A DNA stretch of 64,000 bases from contig MNCI01002795.1 of assembly GCA_015680685.1 (NCBI GenBank), positions 63,613 through 127,612 of the forward strand, read 5' to 3'. The notes below the pieces were generated by a model, which had not been told where the DNA came from, made no database searches, and saw only the letters and a list, made by a program, of their open reading frames with translations. Below are positions 25,815 to 38,799 of the stretch, piece by piece. Position numbers and translations under genes: made by a program. The first letter of the stretch is position 1. Each line of letters opens with the position of its first letter. Source of the stretch: Gnetum montanum. Taxonomy: Eukaryota > Plantae > Gnetophyta.

Positions 25815-27883
25815 ATGATGCAGCTTGGTTGGCTTCTGTGCATGAGATGTCATGCATGGAATCCTTGCTATGCAATAATTTGTGTGTGTTTTTTGCTGAG
25901 CATGGCCGTAATAAGCCATGCAGCTAGTCCCCTCATAGGTTCAGTGTAATCAAGCAGCAAATTTCTCGACTGGCTCGGCTATTGAGAGCAACTTAAAGGA
26001 TTTGCTCAATAATCTTGTGATTGGCCTTTCAGCCAATTCATTCTATAACACCTCTACTGCTGGACAGGGCCCAAACAGAGTATATGGGCTCATCCAGTGC
26101 AGAGGAGATACATCTGCTGACTTGTGCATTGAGTGCCAGGACAGATATTCAGTTACACTCTGGTAGATTTCCGGATACTGCTATGCTATTTACGTTGGGA
26201 AAACAACAATTTCATTGGGAACCTAGACTTCTTGTCAGGGCAATTTATAGCCAATTTGAACAATATTTCCCATCCCCCTCCATTCATGAAGGTTGTTCAG
26301 GAACTTTTCAACAGCCTGTCTACAGAAGTGATGAGGAATCGGCACCAGAGATATGCCTCTGGTTTTACAAACTACTGTCCTATATTAAGCATATATGGGC
26401 TTGCTCATTGTTGGATGGATATTTCTATGAATGCCTGTAAAAAAGTGTCTAGGGAACACCTTGAATTACCTGTATGCAGAATACTATGGAAACATAGGAG
26501 CTGGACGATATATTGCTAGTTGTTATGCTGGATATGATATATATCACTTTTACCCTGCAACTCCTTGTCTCCTTCTGTTCCACCCCTAATTACCTCGACC
26601 GTCTTTCGCCTTCCAACGATATTCCGGTTGGTACTTCTCTTCCAAGCTTACCTAAAGTTTCTTGTACGTAATTAATTATTAATCTCTTATTTAGCTATTT
26701 TGTATTTCAAAATTTTGTCTTTTAATTTAGAAAAGGTGCTAAATGTCGTAATAGTGTTATTTTACAGGGAATTCCGGTAATAAGTTTGCAGTAATTTTAG
26801 ACGCCACATGTGGCTTTCTGATATTACTACTGCTTCTGTCTTTTAGTGGTTGTTTTTTAACCTACAGGAAGCTAGTCCATCCTAACAAGTCTTTGCACCA
26901 TGGTTGCAGACAGACCTTCATCTTAATCTCTTTACAGAGCTACAATTTTCATGGTCTTAGAGAGTAGACTTATATTTTCTTGCTCTGTGATGGAACAGGA
27001 TGGGCACAGAAGCTAGTTGGTGGCTTTTTGGATGAAGATCAACCGGTGATGTTTAGCATGGAAGAGTTGAAGACTGCTACAAACAACTTTGATGAGCTCC
27101 TCAAGCTAGGAGAGGGAGGATTTGGTGCAGTTTACAAGGTCAGAACAGGGTCAAAGTTCGAAAGTTACCAAACGGATGAAGCACTATTTTAATTAATTAG
27201 TAAATTAAATTCCTTTGCTTTTATTTGTTCAAATCTCAGGGAATTCTGCCCGGTGTCGAATTAAATTCCTTTGCGTTTATTTGTTCAAATCTCACGGAAT
27301 TCTGCTCGGTGGTGAAATCATAGCTGTGAGAAAGCTTTTCAGTCAGTCTGTTCTCATAAAAGAGGAAGAGTTCTTGAATGAAGTCAAGGTTCTTTCAAAA
27401 ATTCAGCACCGAAACTTTGATAACTCTTTTAGGTTGTTGCACTGATGACGGAAACAGAATGCTAGTATTTGAGTATTTGCCAGGGCTGAGCCTTGACAAG
27501 CATGTTTCCAGTGATCCTGTGAGATCTCTCAGATTATTAAAAACGTTTATTTTAAATTACTTTGTTTAGCCTATGTCAAAATGTAGAATTCTATTGAACT
27601 ACTCTACGATTTCATTTCATTTTCTTTTTGTTGGATTACATAAAATCTATCAGATGCATCCAGAGCAATCCAACTTGATTGGAAAATAAGGCACAAAATT
27701 ATTCTCGGCATAGCTCAGGGGCCCGTGTACCTGCATGAAGATGGTAAATTAAAAATTATTCACCGAGATATCAAGGCAAACAATATTATATTGGATGAAA
27801 GTTACAACCCAAGGATTGCAGACTTTGGTAGGTACAGCAAGACAAGATGAAAGTCATGTTCGAACTAGAGTGGCCGGAACATG
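25815..27883 (+). pseudogene. CRK: Cysteine-rich receptor-like kinase (signal peptide, two DUF26/stress-antifungal domains, TM, kinase), frameshifted and 3' truncated
   Basis: Signal-like YAIICVCFLLSMAVISHAASP. DUF26-1: CNQAANFSTGS...RVYGLIQCRGDTSADLCIEC. DUF26-2: IYGLAHCWMDISMNACK/KCL...SCYAGYDIY. TM: FAVILDATCGFLILLLLLSF. Kinase: [63 protein letters not shown], then a GT donor at 27884. Several frameshifts, and no GYMAPEY exon found. Confidence 0.93.
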
Positions 27884-28869
27884 GTAACCAGTTCAGCGAT
27901 ATTTATTGGGCACTTATTGTCCTATTGCAATATCCTAATTCATTAATGCCCTGTTTTCGTTTATTTTATTTTTTTCCCCAAGAAGTGAGTACCTTGCAAT
28001 GCAATGCAATATTGAAGCCTATTCAAAATCGGATCAGACATTTAATCTATTAAATTGTGTTATATTTTTATTATTTTTTTAAAGTTTACTGTATTGTTTA
28101 TTACTAATTCGAATGCCAATGCAAAACTAAAATTTCTATATTTGATTTTCCACTTTAACTGAGCTCTTAGATAAAAAAAATTAGAAATTGCAACTATCAA
28201 CATGAGTAAATATAACTGTTCTATTTTTGAAATATTGAGTATTTTAATTGGATTCTTACACCAATTTATTCAGACTTTTTCAATCACAATCAGATCCCAT
28301 TTTTCAATCTATGTATACAGAAAGGGCCTTTGACATCATACTTATGCTCATTTTAAACCAATACAACGATGGTGATAATGTGCGGCTTTTTGGTGCTGAG
28401 CTTTGTTTCATGCAGACCAACTATTAATAATTTGCAACGGAATTTTACAACCGACACAGAAAAACAATAGCAAGGATTAAAACTACGTGCATTAATTTTT
28501 TTTAAATGTACATGAAAATCATGAAAACAAAATAAGAAAAAGTCAAAAAGGAGAGAGATGGTCAAGAATGAAAATGGGATTCTACATCCCACGCCGATTT
28601 GAAGCCTCTCAATAACATAAAAATTGCTGGATTTGTAATGCAGGAATTGCGGATTCAGGTGACTGATACGGCATACATCTTTCACAGTTTGCTCCACATT
28701 TTCCTCAATTATCAAAATAGGCTATACAATTAAATAATCAATGAAGGGTAAGGATAATGCATAGGCCTCTCCTAGTAATGCACAGGCCATATATGTTTTT
28801 GTGTTGCACGTTTTCTTTTTTATCAAAAACATAGGCAAAACGATTAGAGAAGATCTAATAAAATGGTAG

Positions 28870-30816
28870 TGTTGATGTCAATCTTGCCCATGCTAGGCAC
28901 AGGGCCACAATTTACTGATCTAATTACTAGGGTATGATCTCACAATTTAAATAAGGGTGCTTTCAATAAGAGCTATCATGCAACCTTTAAATTATTGTCA
29001 TCCATCAAGAGTGTCTTACAACAAGGTTAAACAATTTACTACCACACTTCTAAGTGGAGTATGGACTCATAGAATAATTTATTACACCTATAAGTAAAGA
29101 AAAAATGGAATCCCAACCTTTTCAACCATAAGATGAGTGTCCTAACCACTACCTTAAATAAATTATGTTAGAATAGAATATTTGTTCCATGTTAATTAAC
29201 TTATCATAAAATGTTAATAACATCTTGTCTTTTGATTTTCTAAAAATTTAATTATCAAGTACCCAAGCGAACCATAAGAGCGGTGACATGTGGCATTGCA
29301 ACTGTCAAGAGGTGGTGTAACTAACGTAAGTGGAGAATGTGCCAATAGGGATAATGCAGTGAAGGTTACACCAAGCATTACGAGAGTTACGTAATGGCCT
29401 AGGTGGTGGATATAACCATCTTAATAATGGTAGACGTGGTGCCAGTTACACTGATGTGATGGTGGTGGATGTAATCGTCAGGTGCGTGACTATAAGGGGA
29501 GGCCAAGACCAACGACAAAGAAGCATTACAGCCCCCTCTTCCTTTTGTAGCAACAACTCTAAACTATGTGCTAAAGACAGGTCGATAGTTGTAGGCAAAG
29601 GATCTCTCAAACTCCCCTTACCCAAACAGAAGGTGTGCATCAACACTAGCATGTAGTAGTGGGACATGTGAGGTTTCATCTTTCTCTCTCAACAACTGAT
29701 CATAGCAGGTGACCGCAAACACCAATGTCAACACTTGCAACAACAGTGGTGCACATGGCTCCAAAATGTGGGTGGTCTCCTCTCTCTCATTAGGCCGCCT
29801 CCCTTTCTTTGATAGCAGCATCACACACAACAAGGGGTGGTAGACGTATGGGCAGGAGCTATAGAGTGTGCGTGGGTAGTAATACAAGGCAAACAATGCA
29901 CGTGTGTAGCAAGTGCGCTGTTAAGAATTAGATCAGGCATGACGACAATGAGCACGAGTGATGATGCATCAACTCCAGCGATAGCAGCACCTGATTTCCC
30001 TCGGCAGTGTATGACAGTTGATGCATGATGGCAATGATAAGTCGTAGCAAAGGCCAAGGGGTGGTAGTGTTCCCACAACAGGAATGACCTCTCTCTCTCA
30101 ACAATGGTAATGTGCATAGACAACGACAAACATTTCAGTACATAGCATGTCAAAGGCTCTTTTGGCAATAATCTCTCCTAACAAATGTGTTAGCTTGTGC
30201 ACATTAGAGTCTCTCTTTCTCGGCAACAGGCACTAATAACAATGGACATTGACATTTGCAACTCGTCTAGGGGCAGTAGCAATGACATGTAAGCAACAAT
30301 AGTGGTGTGGGGCAGGTGGTCTGCAACTAACGATCTGTGGTTGCAGCAATGGCAACACCTAGCAGTAGCAATAGCATGTCCCTACGTAGCAACGTTTTCA
30401 TCCTTGCTGCCGCAAGGGTTTTCTGCCTAGTAGCAACCACAAATGGCAATGACCAATGGTGGAATAGATCTCTCTATCTCTTTCTCCTGGTGACTATGAG
30501 CTATGTTGGCTATGGTAGCATCATGATGACAAGATAATATTGACAGATGGTAGTAGCAGAAGACCAAGAAAAATTTAAATTTACTAGTTACTATATTTTC
30601 ATTAAGTCTTAAAATTCAAGACATTTGTTCAATTTAAGTTCTCCCAACTTTCAACTTTTCAGCTTAAATTTTTTTTTTTTTGAAACATCACATAGCCCTC
30701 TCCAATTGACACTGTTGCTAGGTTTCCATACTTATACAAGAGGCACCCTAGGCAATAGTCTTCTCAAATAATTTTTTTTCTCCAATTTTGGTGCATCCAA
30801 AATTTATGCATTAACA
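28870..30816 (+). repeat. 5' LTR
   Basis: TG...CA termini, colinear with 35866-38000 and followed by the PBS. Confidence 0.92.
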
Positions 30817-31622
30817 CCTTTTGGCACTAAGAAAAGGGTCACTTCTCCACCCTTTGTTTTCCCATTTTCTAAAATATTAGTTTTTCTTATCATTTTTCTT
30901 GTTCCTAATCTTGTTTTGTTTCTATTTCAAAACTATTGTTTCCCTTGAATTTTATTTTCTTGTACTCTATTGAAAATCTTTGTCTCCAAACCCTTTATTT
31001 TCTATTGTTTATTTGAAAAATTGATGCTTTCCATTTTCTGAATATTATCATTACTAGAATACTAAACCTTTTTTTTCCCAATTCTGATTTTTGGTAATCC
31101 TTACCTAAGTCCCAACTTCAGTAAGGTGGTTTTATTAATCATTCAATTTTAAATTTATTTTTCTGAAATTTTGCATTTCACTATTTTCCTTTTAAATTTT
31201 ATAAATATTACAATTTCATGAATTTATTTCTTTAATTATTTAAAATATATATAGCATATTTCATTGTTTTTGTCAAAAAAAATATTATTTCAATATTTAT
31301 TTCTTTTTACTCAATTTTATAGTTTTATTTGAGCATTTATATTTTATAATTTTTTAGTGTACAAGTGAACCCTCCCAACAAGAATCATTTACCTCTGCCT
31401 CTAACCAACCAAGTACCCATCACTTTACTTTAAGAAAGTAACGAGCTTTGCGATTTCCAAATACTATGTATAGGAGAACTCAAACTAGGATGGCAGCTAA
31501 TTAACCCCCAACTCTCTTGGTTAGCAACCCCTTCAACTTCACCAACTAACATGATATTCCAAAATCCCTCTAGAACATAAACTTATTCTTCAATCCCATA
31601 ATCCCTACTAGTGATGCCTACC

Positions 31623-32003
31623 AACATATACAATGTTTCGAAACCTTACTAGGCATCCATAACATTGTACAAAAAGACATATTGTGTAGGGTATTTATGA
31701 TAACTTTTAGGAGCAAAGCCACCCAGTGGTTTTTAATGCTCCCTAATGCCTCCATTGACTCATGGCAGGAATTCAAAAATAAGTTATTGCTTCAGTTTGA
31801 CAAGTTCACTAGCTAACATATACAATGTTTCGAAACCTTACTAGGCATCCATAACATTGTACAAAATGACATATTATGTAGGGTATTTGAGACAACTTTT
31901 AGGAGTAAAGACATCCAATGGTTTTTGATGCTCCCTAATGCCTCCATCAACTCATGGCAAGAATTCAAAAATAAGTTCTTACTTCAGTTTAACAAGTTCA
32001 CTA
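31623..32003 (+). repeat. 192 bp in-frame tandem duplication of the gag core
   Basis: AACATATACAATGTTTCGAAACCTTACTAGGC starts at 31623 and again at 31815. Confidence 0.93.
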
Positions 32004-35000
32004 CCCTAATCATAAGATCAAGCAATTTCATGAGCTTAAAGAAAATACCTAAGAAAAATGTCCATGACTATAACCTAAGATTTCTTCATCAACTTATGTG
32101 CTAAGTGAGATGCGTGCACAACTTGGTGGCATCCTCAATTTTTACTTGTCCACCATTGATCCATTCTTTGCCTATGCCATTAAATTTGATCCCAACATAA
32201 TAAAAATATAGCGAGTGATGTCTAAGGCCATCAAGTTGGAACAAATTACCCTCATTCANAGTGATGTCTAAGGCCATCAAGTTGGAACAAATTACCCTCA
32301 TTCAAACCCAATTTGAAATGATAAGTGTCAATAACCCTATGCAATCTAATCCTCTACCTTTACCAACTTTCCCAATGATCAATAATTTTCTCTCAAACTC
32401 CTTCCCCCTTCCAACTAACTCAACCTTCAAATAGCTATTTTCAAAGTTCAACATCTTCTTCATTTTTACCATCTAACATTAGTTTGAATGATGACCAATC
32501 GAAGGCCTTAATTCAATCCATCATAAACCCAAATGGGATATCTAATCTTGTTGAACCCCAACTCAAACTTAAAATCAAATGATCCAGCTATTAACTTTAC
32601 TTCAAAAACTTTCAAATGAAGTATTTGAATTAAAGTAGAACAACAACAAAGGTCTTATACAATCTAAAAAAGCCAAACACATCAATCAATGATGATTATT
32701 GTCATCTCCATAACACAAGGAAGCATTCTAAGAAAACTTATCCTCAATTTTTAGCATTATATTTTGACAATTCCCAAAGTCAACAAAATGGGAAGACCCC
32801 AATTATGGTCCTTAACATACCTCATGAAACTGAGAATGAAAAAGTTTCCTCATTGGAACAAGTTATGGTAAGTGATCCCTACCCACATAACACTCACTAC
32901 TGTAGACTTAGTAGCATTATGAACAACACACAACAATAAACTAGAAATGATGCTTATACTCCTCCAAACAAGAGAGCTCCTAGTCAAAATAACACAAGTA
33001 ATCAGACTAGACCATCGCAAAAAAACACCCCACAACAACCAAACCCTCCTTCTATACTTAGAAGAAATCCACCTCAACAAGAAGCCAAAGATGAATATAA
33101 AACATATGATCTAGTTGAGGATTTGAAGAAAATTCAAGTCAACATTTCAATATATGACCTTTTGACATTTTAATGAAGTGAATGATGCAATTTGAAAGAT
33201 AGTTCATACATCTAAAACCAATAAAGAAAACTCCCCAACCTCCAAAAGTCAAGTTCACTTCACAAAAAGTCCTAATGCATTATCAAAACAAAACACAAAT
33301 AATTCCATATCAAGCAAGAAAGATCAACCTCCTTTCCTGACAACTTTAATTATTTTAGGAAATAATGTCCATAATTTTTTTATGGTTTCTGGTGCAACCA
33401 TTAATGTCATGCCACTTGAGGTATGTAAAGCCTTAGGAGCATGGATGCTACCACAAACAAGAATTATGATACAACTTAATGGGTCTAATGTACCTATAGT
33501 AGGGTCATTAAACAAAGTGAAAGTATAACTTAAACAATACCATACATTTACATGTTGTATGGATATCTTAGTAGTTGATATGTCACCTACTTATGATGTG
33601 CTCTTATCTAGGACTTATGAAGCCAAGTTTGGGGGCTTCTTCAAGTCAGATTTCTCAGAACCATTAATCCCTATCAAAGGAAAATCTAAATACATGGTCA
33701 TACCGAGAGAGCCTTTCCACAAACAAGTAGTTACAACCTTTGATTAGCAAAATTAAAACACTAATATTTATATTGGAGTTATTGAGGTTGAGTGTGAAAA
33801 ACATGTTATAAATGACCATGTGAGTGAAATTACAGAAATAAAACCTTTTTCTAATATAGATTCCACCAAACCTTATCAAACTTCTAGAGAAGGCAAACAA
33901 ATTTATGAAGATGCCTTGCCTTATCATCAACATAATGGACTTCTTTTGAGTGACCCACCACCTTTAGGGAAGGAAAAAGATATAAATAAGATCCCAACCA
34001 TTAAAACATTAGAAGGTGTGCTAAATTTTGATAACGTATCCATTGAACATATTCCTAGAGAAGTTGTATTCAATGGCTTAAAAATACCTAGGCTTGTTAG
34101 ACCTAAGATTGAAACTTCTATGAAAGAAAAACTTGTTGAACTTCTAGGATCTAAAATTATTCATCTTATGAAACATTCAAATTTAGTGCCTAATAGATAA
34201 CAAATAAATGAATTATGATTAGGTCTTGATTTTTGTAACCTTAATCATCAATAAATTGTTAGAAAAGGATCTAATAAGAAATATGTAGGTAAAGTCTTTA
34301 AAATGGGAGATCTAGTCCTTAAGAGAAATAGAGCACCTAGTCAAACAGATCCTCAAAGTAAGTTCTCTCCTATGTGGTTACGTCCATTTTAAGTTACAAA
34401 TGTCATTGGCTCCAATGTGTACAAAATTGCTGATTTGTAAGGATATAAATTACATAGAAATTTTAATTAATTTTCATCTAAAGCATTTCTACTTAGATGC
34501 TCCATGTGGACACTTGGTAGATCCTTAGTTGCATATTTTCTTCCCCTTTTCCATGCATTTCATTTGTATATAGTTTCATTTGCATATTTTCTTTTCATTT
34601 CCATCATCTTTTTCTTAACATATTGGTTTTAGTTTGATTTGTGCTTTTCATATGATTTTAGTAATCATCATGATCATTTGAGTTACTAGGTGTTGGGTCA
34701 TCATAACACCATTTGAAAATAATGCTTTATATGATATATCCTAGTATTATAAACACCTTTATCTTATATATTTCAATAATGCTATGATTCTTCCAAATCT
34801 ATTTCAAGGTTTTAGTTTTATTAGTTATGTTGGATTATGGATGACAAGATTTATGCTAACCTATCATGTTATCATCATGATCATGTGAGTGTAGGATAGG
34901 TGACATTGAAGAATCGTGAGCCACAATCACTAGGTGACCTTGGAAAATGTCATTTTTCCTTTCATAAACCTTAGCCCTCAAGTGTGATGACTCATGGTTA

Positions 35001-35865
35001 TCCTATGATCAACAATGTGAAGTGTGTTCATATCCACTTGAGAACCTTTAGCCACCCAAGACACCTACTATGATGTCATCTATATAGTAATTAAAAGGCA
35101 CATACACAAGGGCTAAAGTGCATCATGGGCAAAGTTCTAAAAGGACCATGTTCTTTGGTAGTGTAGCTAATTAGCCAAACTTGTGTGGGAATTCCTACCT
35201 TGAGAATGAAATACATCATGAGAAAAGTTTTCTTAAAAAAATAAAAGAAACAAAAGAAAAAGAATGAGGACCATGTTCATTAGTAGTGTAATAAGTTCTT
35301 GAATGTAATGGGGTCTAGCAACAATCCTCACCCTAGCCTCCATTCCCTTTTTAAACTTATTTTTCCAAAATTCAAAAAAAAAAAAAAGAGAAAAGAAAAT
35401 AATCCCTTTTCATTCATTCCCTTTAAAAATGTTAAAAAAGAAAAGTCCCAAGAAAAATATGAAAGTCATGGCTAGCCATGATCTAACATAAGCCTATCCT
35501 CATTAAATTTGGCATAAGTTTTGTGCTAAAAGTAGTCCACATACCTTTTTACCTTGTAAGAAGATTGGGAATGAGATCTTAATTATATATATATATCTAT
35601 CTATGTGGTTAAAATAATGAATTATATATTTATATTTTAATTAAATAAGGTGGTGTGATTAGGGGTGACTCATGTTTAGTGCTCTTTTGATTATGTGATT
35701 ATTCTAATCATTTTTTAAAAACATTATGGTTTACTTCTAATTTTATTTTATCCTTATTTTATGATCCTTTTGATTCTTTATATTTTACATATTCTTCCAT
35801 CATTTTAAAATTTTTGAGGTTTTGCTATCTTTGCACTTACATGCAATTAAAGTTTGGGAGCTAAG

Positions 35866-38000
35866 TGTTGATGCTAACCTTGTCCATGCTAGGCACAAGG
35901 CCATGATTTACCAATCTAACTACTAGGGTATGGTCTCATGATTTGAATAAGGATGCTTTCAATGAGAGGTATCATGAAACCTTTAAATTATTGTCATCCA
36001 TGAATAGTGTCTTAAAACAAGATTAAAAACTTTACTACCATACTTCTATGTGGAGTATCAAACAAACAAGTTACTATGTTCATTCCTTTAGAAATTGCAC
36101 ATATTACAAGTTGTTTGTAAGTCAACCTTGTTTATTACAAATTGCAAATCTTACATGAGTTTGTGTCTTATCACAACATTAAAAAGTTTACTACCACACT
36201 TCTAAGTGGAGTATGAACTCATAGAATAACTTATTACACCTATAAGTAAAGAAAAAAAATAGAATCCCCACCTTCCCAACCATAAGATGAGTGTCCTAAC
36301 CGCTACCCTAAATAAATTATGTTAGAATAGAATACTTGTTCCATGTTAATTAAATTTTCATAAAATGCCAATGACATATGGTCTTTTGAATTTTTTAAAA
36401 TTTAATTATTAGGTACCCAAGTGACCCATAAGAGTGGTGACACATGGCACTGTAATTGTTGATAGGTGGCATAATCAATGCAAGTGGAGAACATGGTAGT
36501 AGTTACGTCAAAGTAGGTAGCATGATAGCAATTACACTAGGTGCTATAAGAGTAACATAATGGCCCAAGTGATGGACTTAACCATCATAATAATGACTCA
36601 TGTAGTGGTGGTTACACCGACATGAGGGTGGTGGGCATAATCATCGAGTGCGAGACTATAAGGGTAGGTCGTGACCATCAACAAAGAAGCATTGGAGCCC
36701 CTTCTCTCTTTTGTAGTAGTGGCTTTGAGTTGTGTGCTACAGACAGGTCAAAAGTTGTAGGCAGAGGATCTCTTAGCCTTCCCTCACCCCAGGAGAAGGC
36801 ATGCATCAACACTGGTGCATAGCAATAGGGACTGTGATGTTCTATTTTTCTCTCCTAATAGCTGACAGTAGCAAGTGATTGCAAACACTAGTGTGAACAC
36901 TAGCAATGGTAGTGGTGTGCATGGCTCTAGATGGGGGGGGGGCAGTCTCCTCTCTCTCATTGGGCCACCTCCCTTTCTCTAGCAACAACATTGTTGATAA
37001 TAATAGGTGACAAACAATAAGTTCCAGAGCTACAAAGCATGTGTGCATAGTAACATGTGGAAAATAATGCAAGTACATTATAGGCATGCTATTAGGAAGT
37101 AGACACATGGCACAGTGTAGGCATGGTGGTAATGAGCACAAGTAGCAACATATCAACTCTAGCGGTGGTAGTAAGTAGTTTCCCTAGGTGATGTCTGAGT
37201 GTTGATGTGTGGTGGCAGTGACAAGTGGTAGCAAAGGCCATGGGGTGGTAGCATTCTCACAATGGGAATGACCTCTCTCTATTTCCCAATGACAATTATG
37301 CATGCAAAAAATGGTAGACATGTCTGTACACAGTGTGTCAGAGGCTCTCTTAGTGGTAGTCTCTCTCAGCAGACATGGTAGCTTGTGGCACACATAAGAG
37401 TCTCTCTCTCTCAGTAGTAAGCATTGACAATAATGGGCATTAGCATTTATAGCTTATCCAAGGGTGGTCGTAATGGCACACAACTAGTAATAGTGGTGTA
37501 GGGAAAGTGATCAGCAATTGGTGGTCTGTGGTTATAGAAATAGCAACACCTAGCAGTAGTGGCAACATTTGCCTACATAGTGGGGTTTTCAACCTTGTTT
37601 CCACAAGGGTTTTCTACCTAGCAATAATCATAAACAATGGTGGCCAATGGTGGAATAGATCTCTCTCTCTCCCTCTCTTGGTGGCTATGAGCAGTGTCGG
37701 CTATATCAATGTTTGCGACGATGAGAAGGCATTGATTAGCAGTAGCAATAAGAAACCAGGGAAAAATTTAAATTTACTAGTTACTATATTTTCATTAAGT
37801 CTTAAAATTCATGATAGTTGTTCAATTTAAATTCTTCCAACTTTTTAGCTTAATTTATTTTGTTTTGAAATGTCACATAGCCCTCTCTAGTTGAGAGTAT
37901 TCTTCGATTTCTATACCCATATGGGAGTCATCCTAGGTAATAGTCTCCTCAAACAAGTTTTTTTCCTAGTGTTGGTACATCCAAAATTTATACATCAACA
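35866..38000 (+). repeat. 3' LTR
   Basis: TG...CA termini, preceded by a purine-rich tract and followed by the TSD AGTAG. Confidence 0.92.
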
Positions 38001-38799
38001 AGTAGATAGTTAAAGCTTGAGCTCTTCATGAAGGTAAATGGTTACAAAGAACATTATTGAGACTTTGAAATGATGATAACTTTGATTTCTTTCATCTTGA
38101 ACAATTGTTTAAGGCATAACATGAAGGAAAATAACCATTATTAATCAAACACGAGAGAAAGGATAAAGACAAAAATGACATGGATAATGTTATATCATTT
38201 TCCACTTTTCCCTAATTTAGTAACTTGGTTTTCAGTGTTTACCTAAAATTAAGGATCAACTATAAACGAAGAAAAGAATGAATGAATAGTTGAAACCAAA
38301 CCTGAAAAAGAAAGTATAGACTTGTTGCAAAGCAAGCAAATCTGACTGCGTCTAAACTATGTCTTACCTTTTTACATTTTTTCATTTAGATGCTGCCCAT
38401 GCTACCACTACCCACAAGGCTTGTGGATAAAAGGAAACACATATGAAGGAAAGCATTAGATCTAAGCAAACATTTCATGGAAGCTTACTAGCTTAGTGGT
38501 AAATTATGTTTTTTAGTAATAACACCTCTAACTTTGGATTCTAATTTATTCACTCAAAAAATAGTTCACTCGATTTCATTTTTATTCAACTAAAAATAAC
38601 AACAGTTCACTTTAAACATTTGTCAAGATTCTCTTGAGACCATTTTAACTCATCATTTTTCAACTCATTCAAATTGTTGTGTGTTTTGAGCTTTGGTTGC
38701 AAGTTTGGCTTTATAATATGGCTTTTTTTTTTTCTACGAATTTGAGATTTCATCTTATCTTTCATAGGGAAATATTTGTTTGCCACAGCAATATATAGA

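Larger units (their letters stand above)
28870..38000 (+). mobile_element. Complete non-autonomous Tat-like Gypsy LTR retrotransposon (gag-protease, pol mostly deleted)
   Basis: 5' LTR 28870-30816 (TGTTGATG...ATTAACA) and 3' LTR 35866-38000 (TGTTGATG...CATCAACA). TSD GGTAG/AGTAG. PBS-like TGGCACTAAGAAAAGGG at 30822. PPT-like GGGAGCTAAG before the 3' LTR. Gag HIQCFE...DILCRVF...ATQWF..LP.ASIDSW; protease PPFLTTL...VSGATINVMP...YDVLLSR. Confidence 0.92.

Noticed and set aside
26021-26440. 139 aa ORF as an independent gene
   Set aside because: It is an alternative frame over the DUF26 exon of the CRK pseudogene.
29446-30537. Cluster of overlapping short ORFs (also 36622-37830)
   Set aside because: They lie in the GC-richer part of the LTRs, the frames are not preserved between the two LTRs, and there are no recognisable domains.
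32215-32304. Exact ~43 bp tandem duplication
   Set aside because: Flanks a single N, so probably an assembly artefact.
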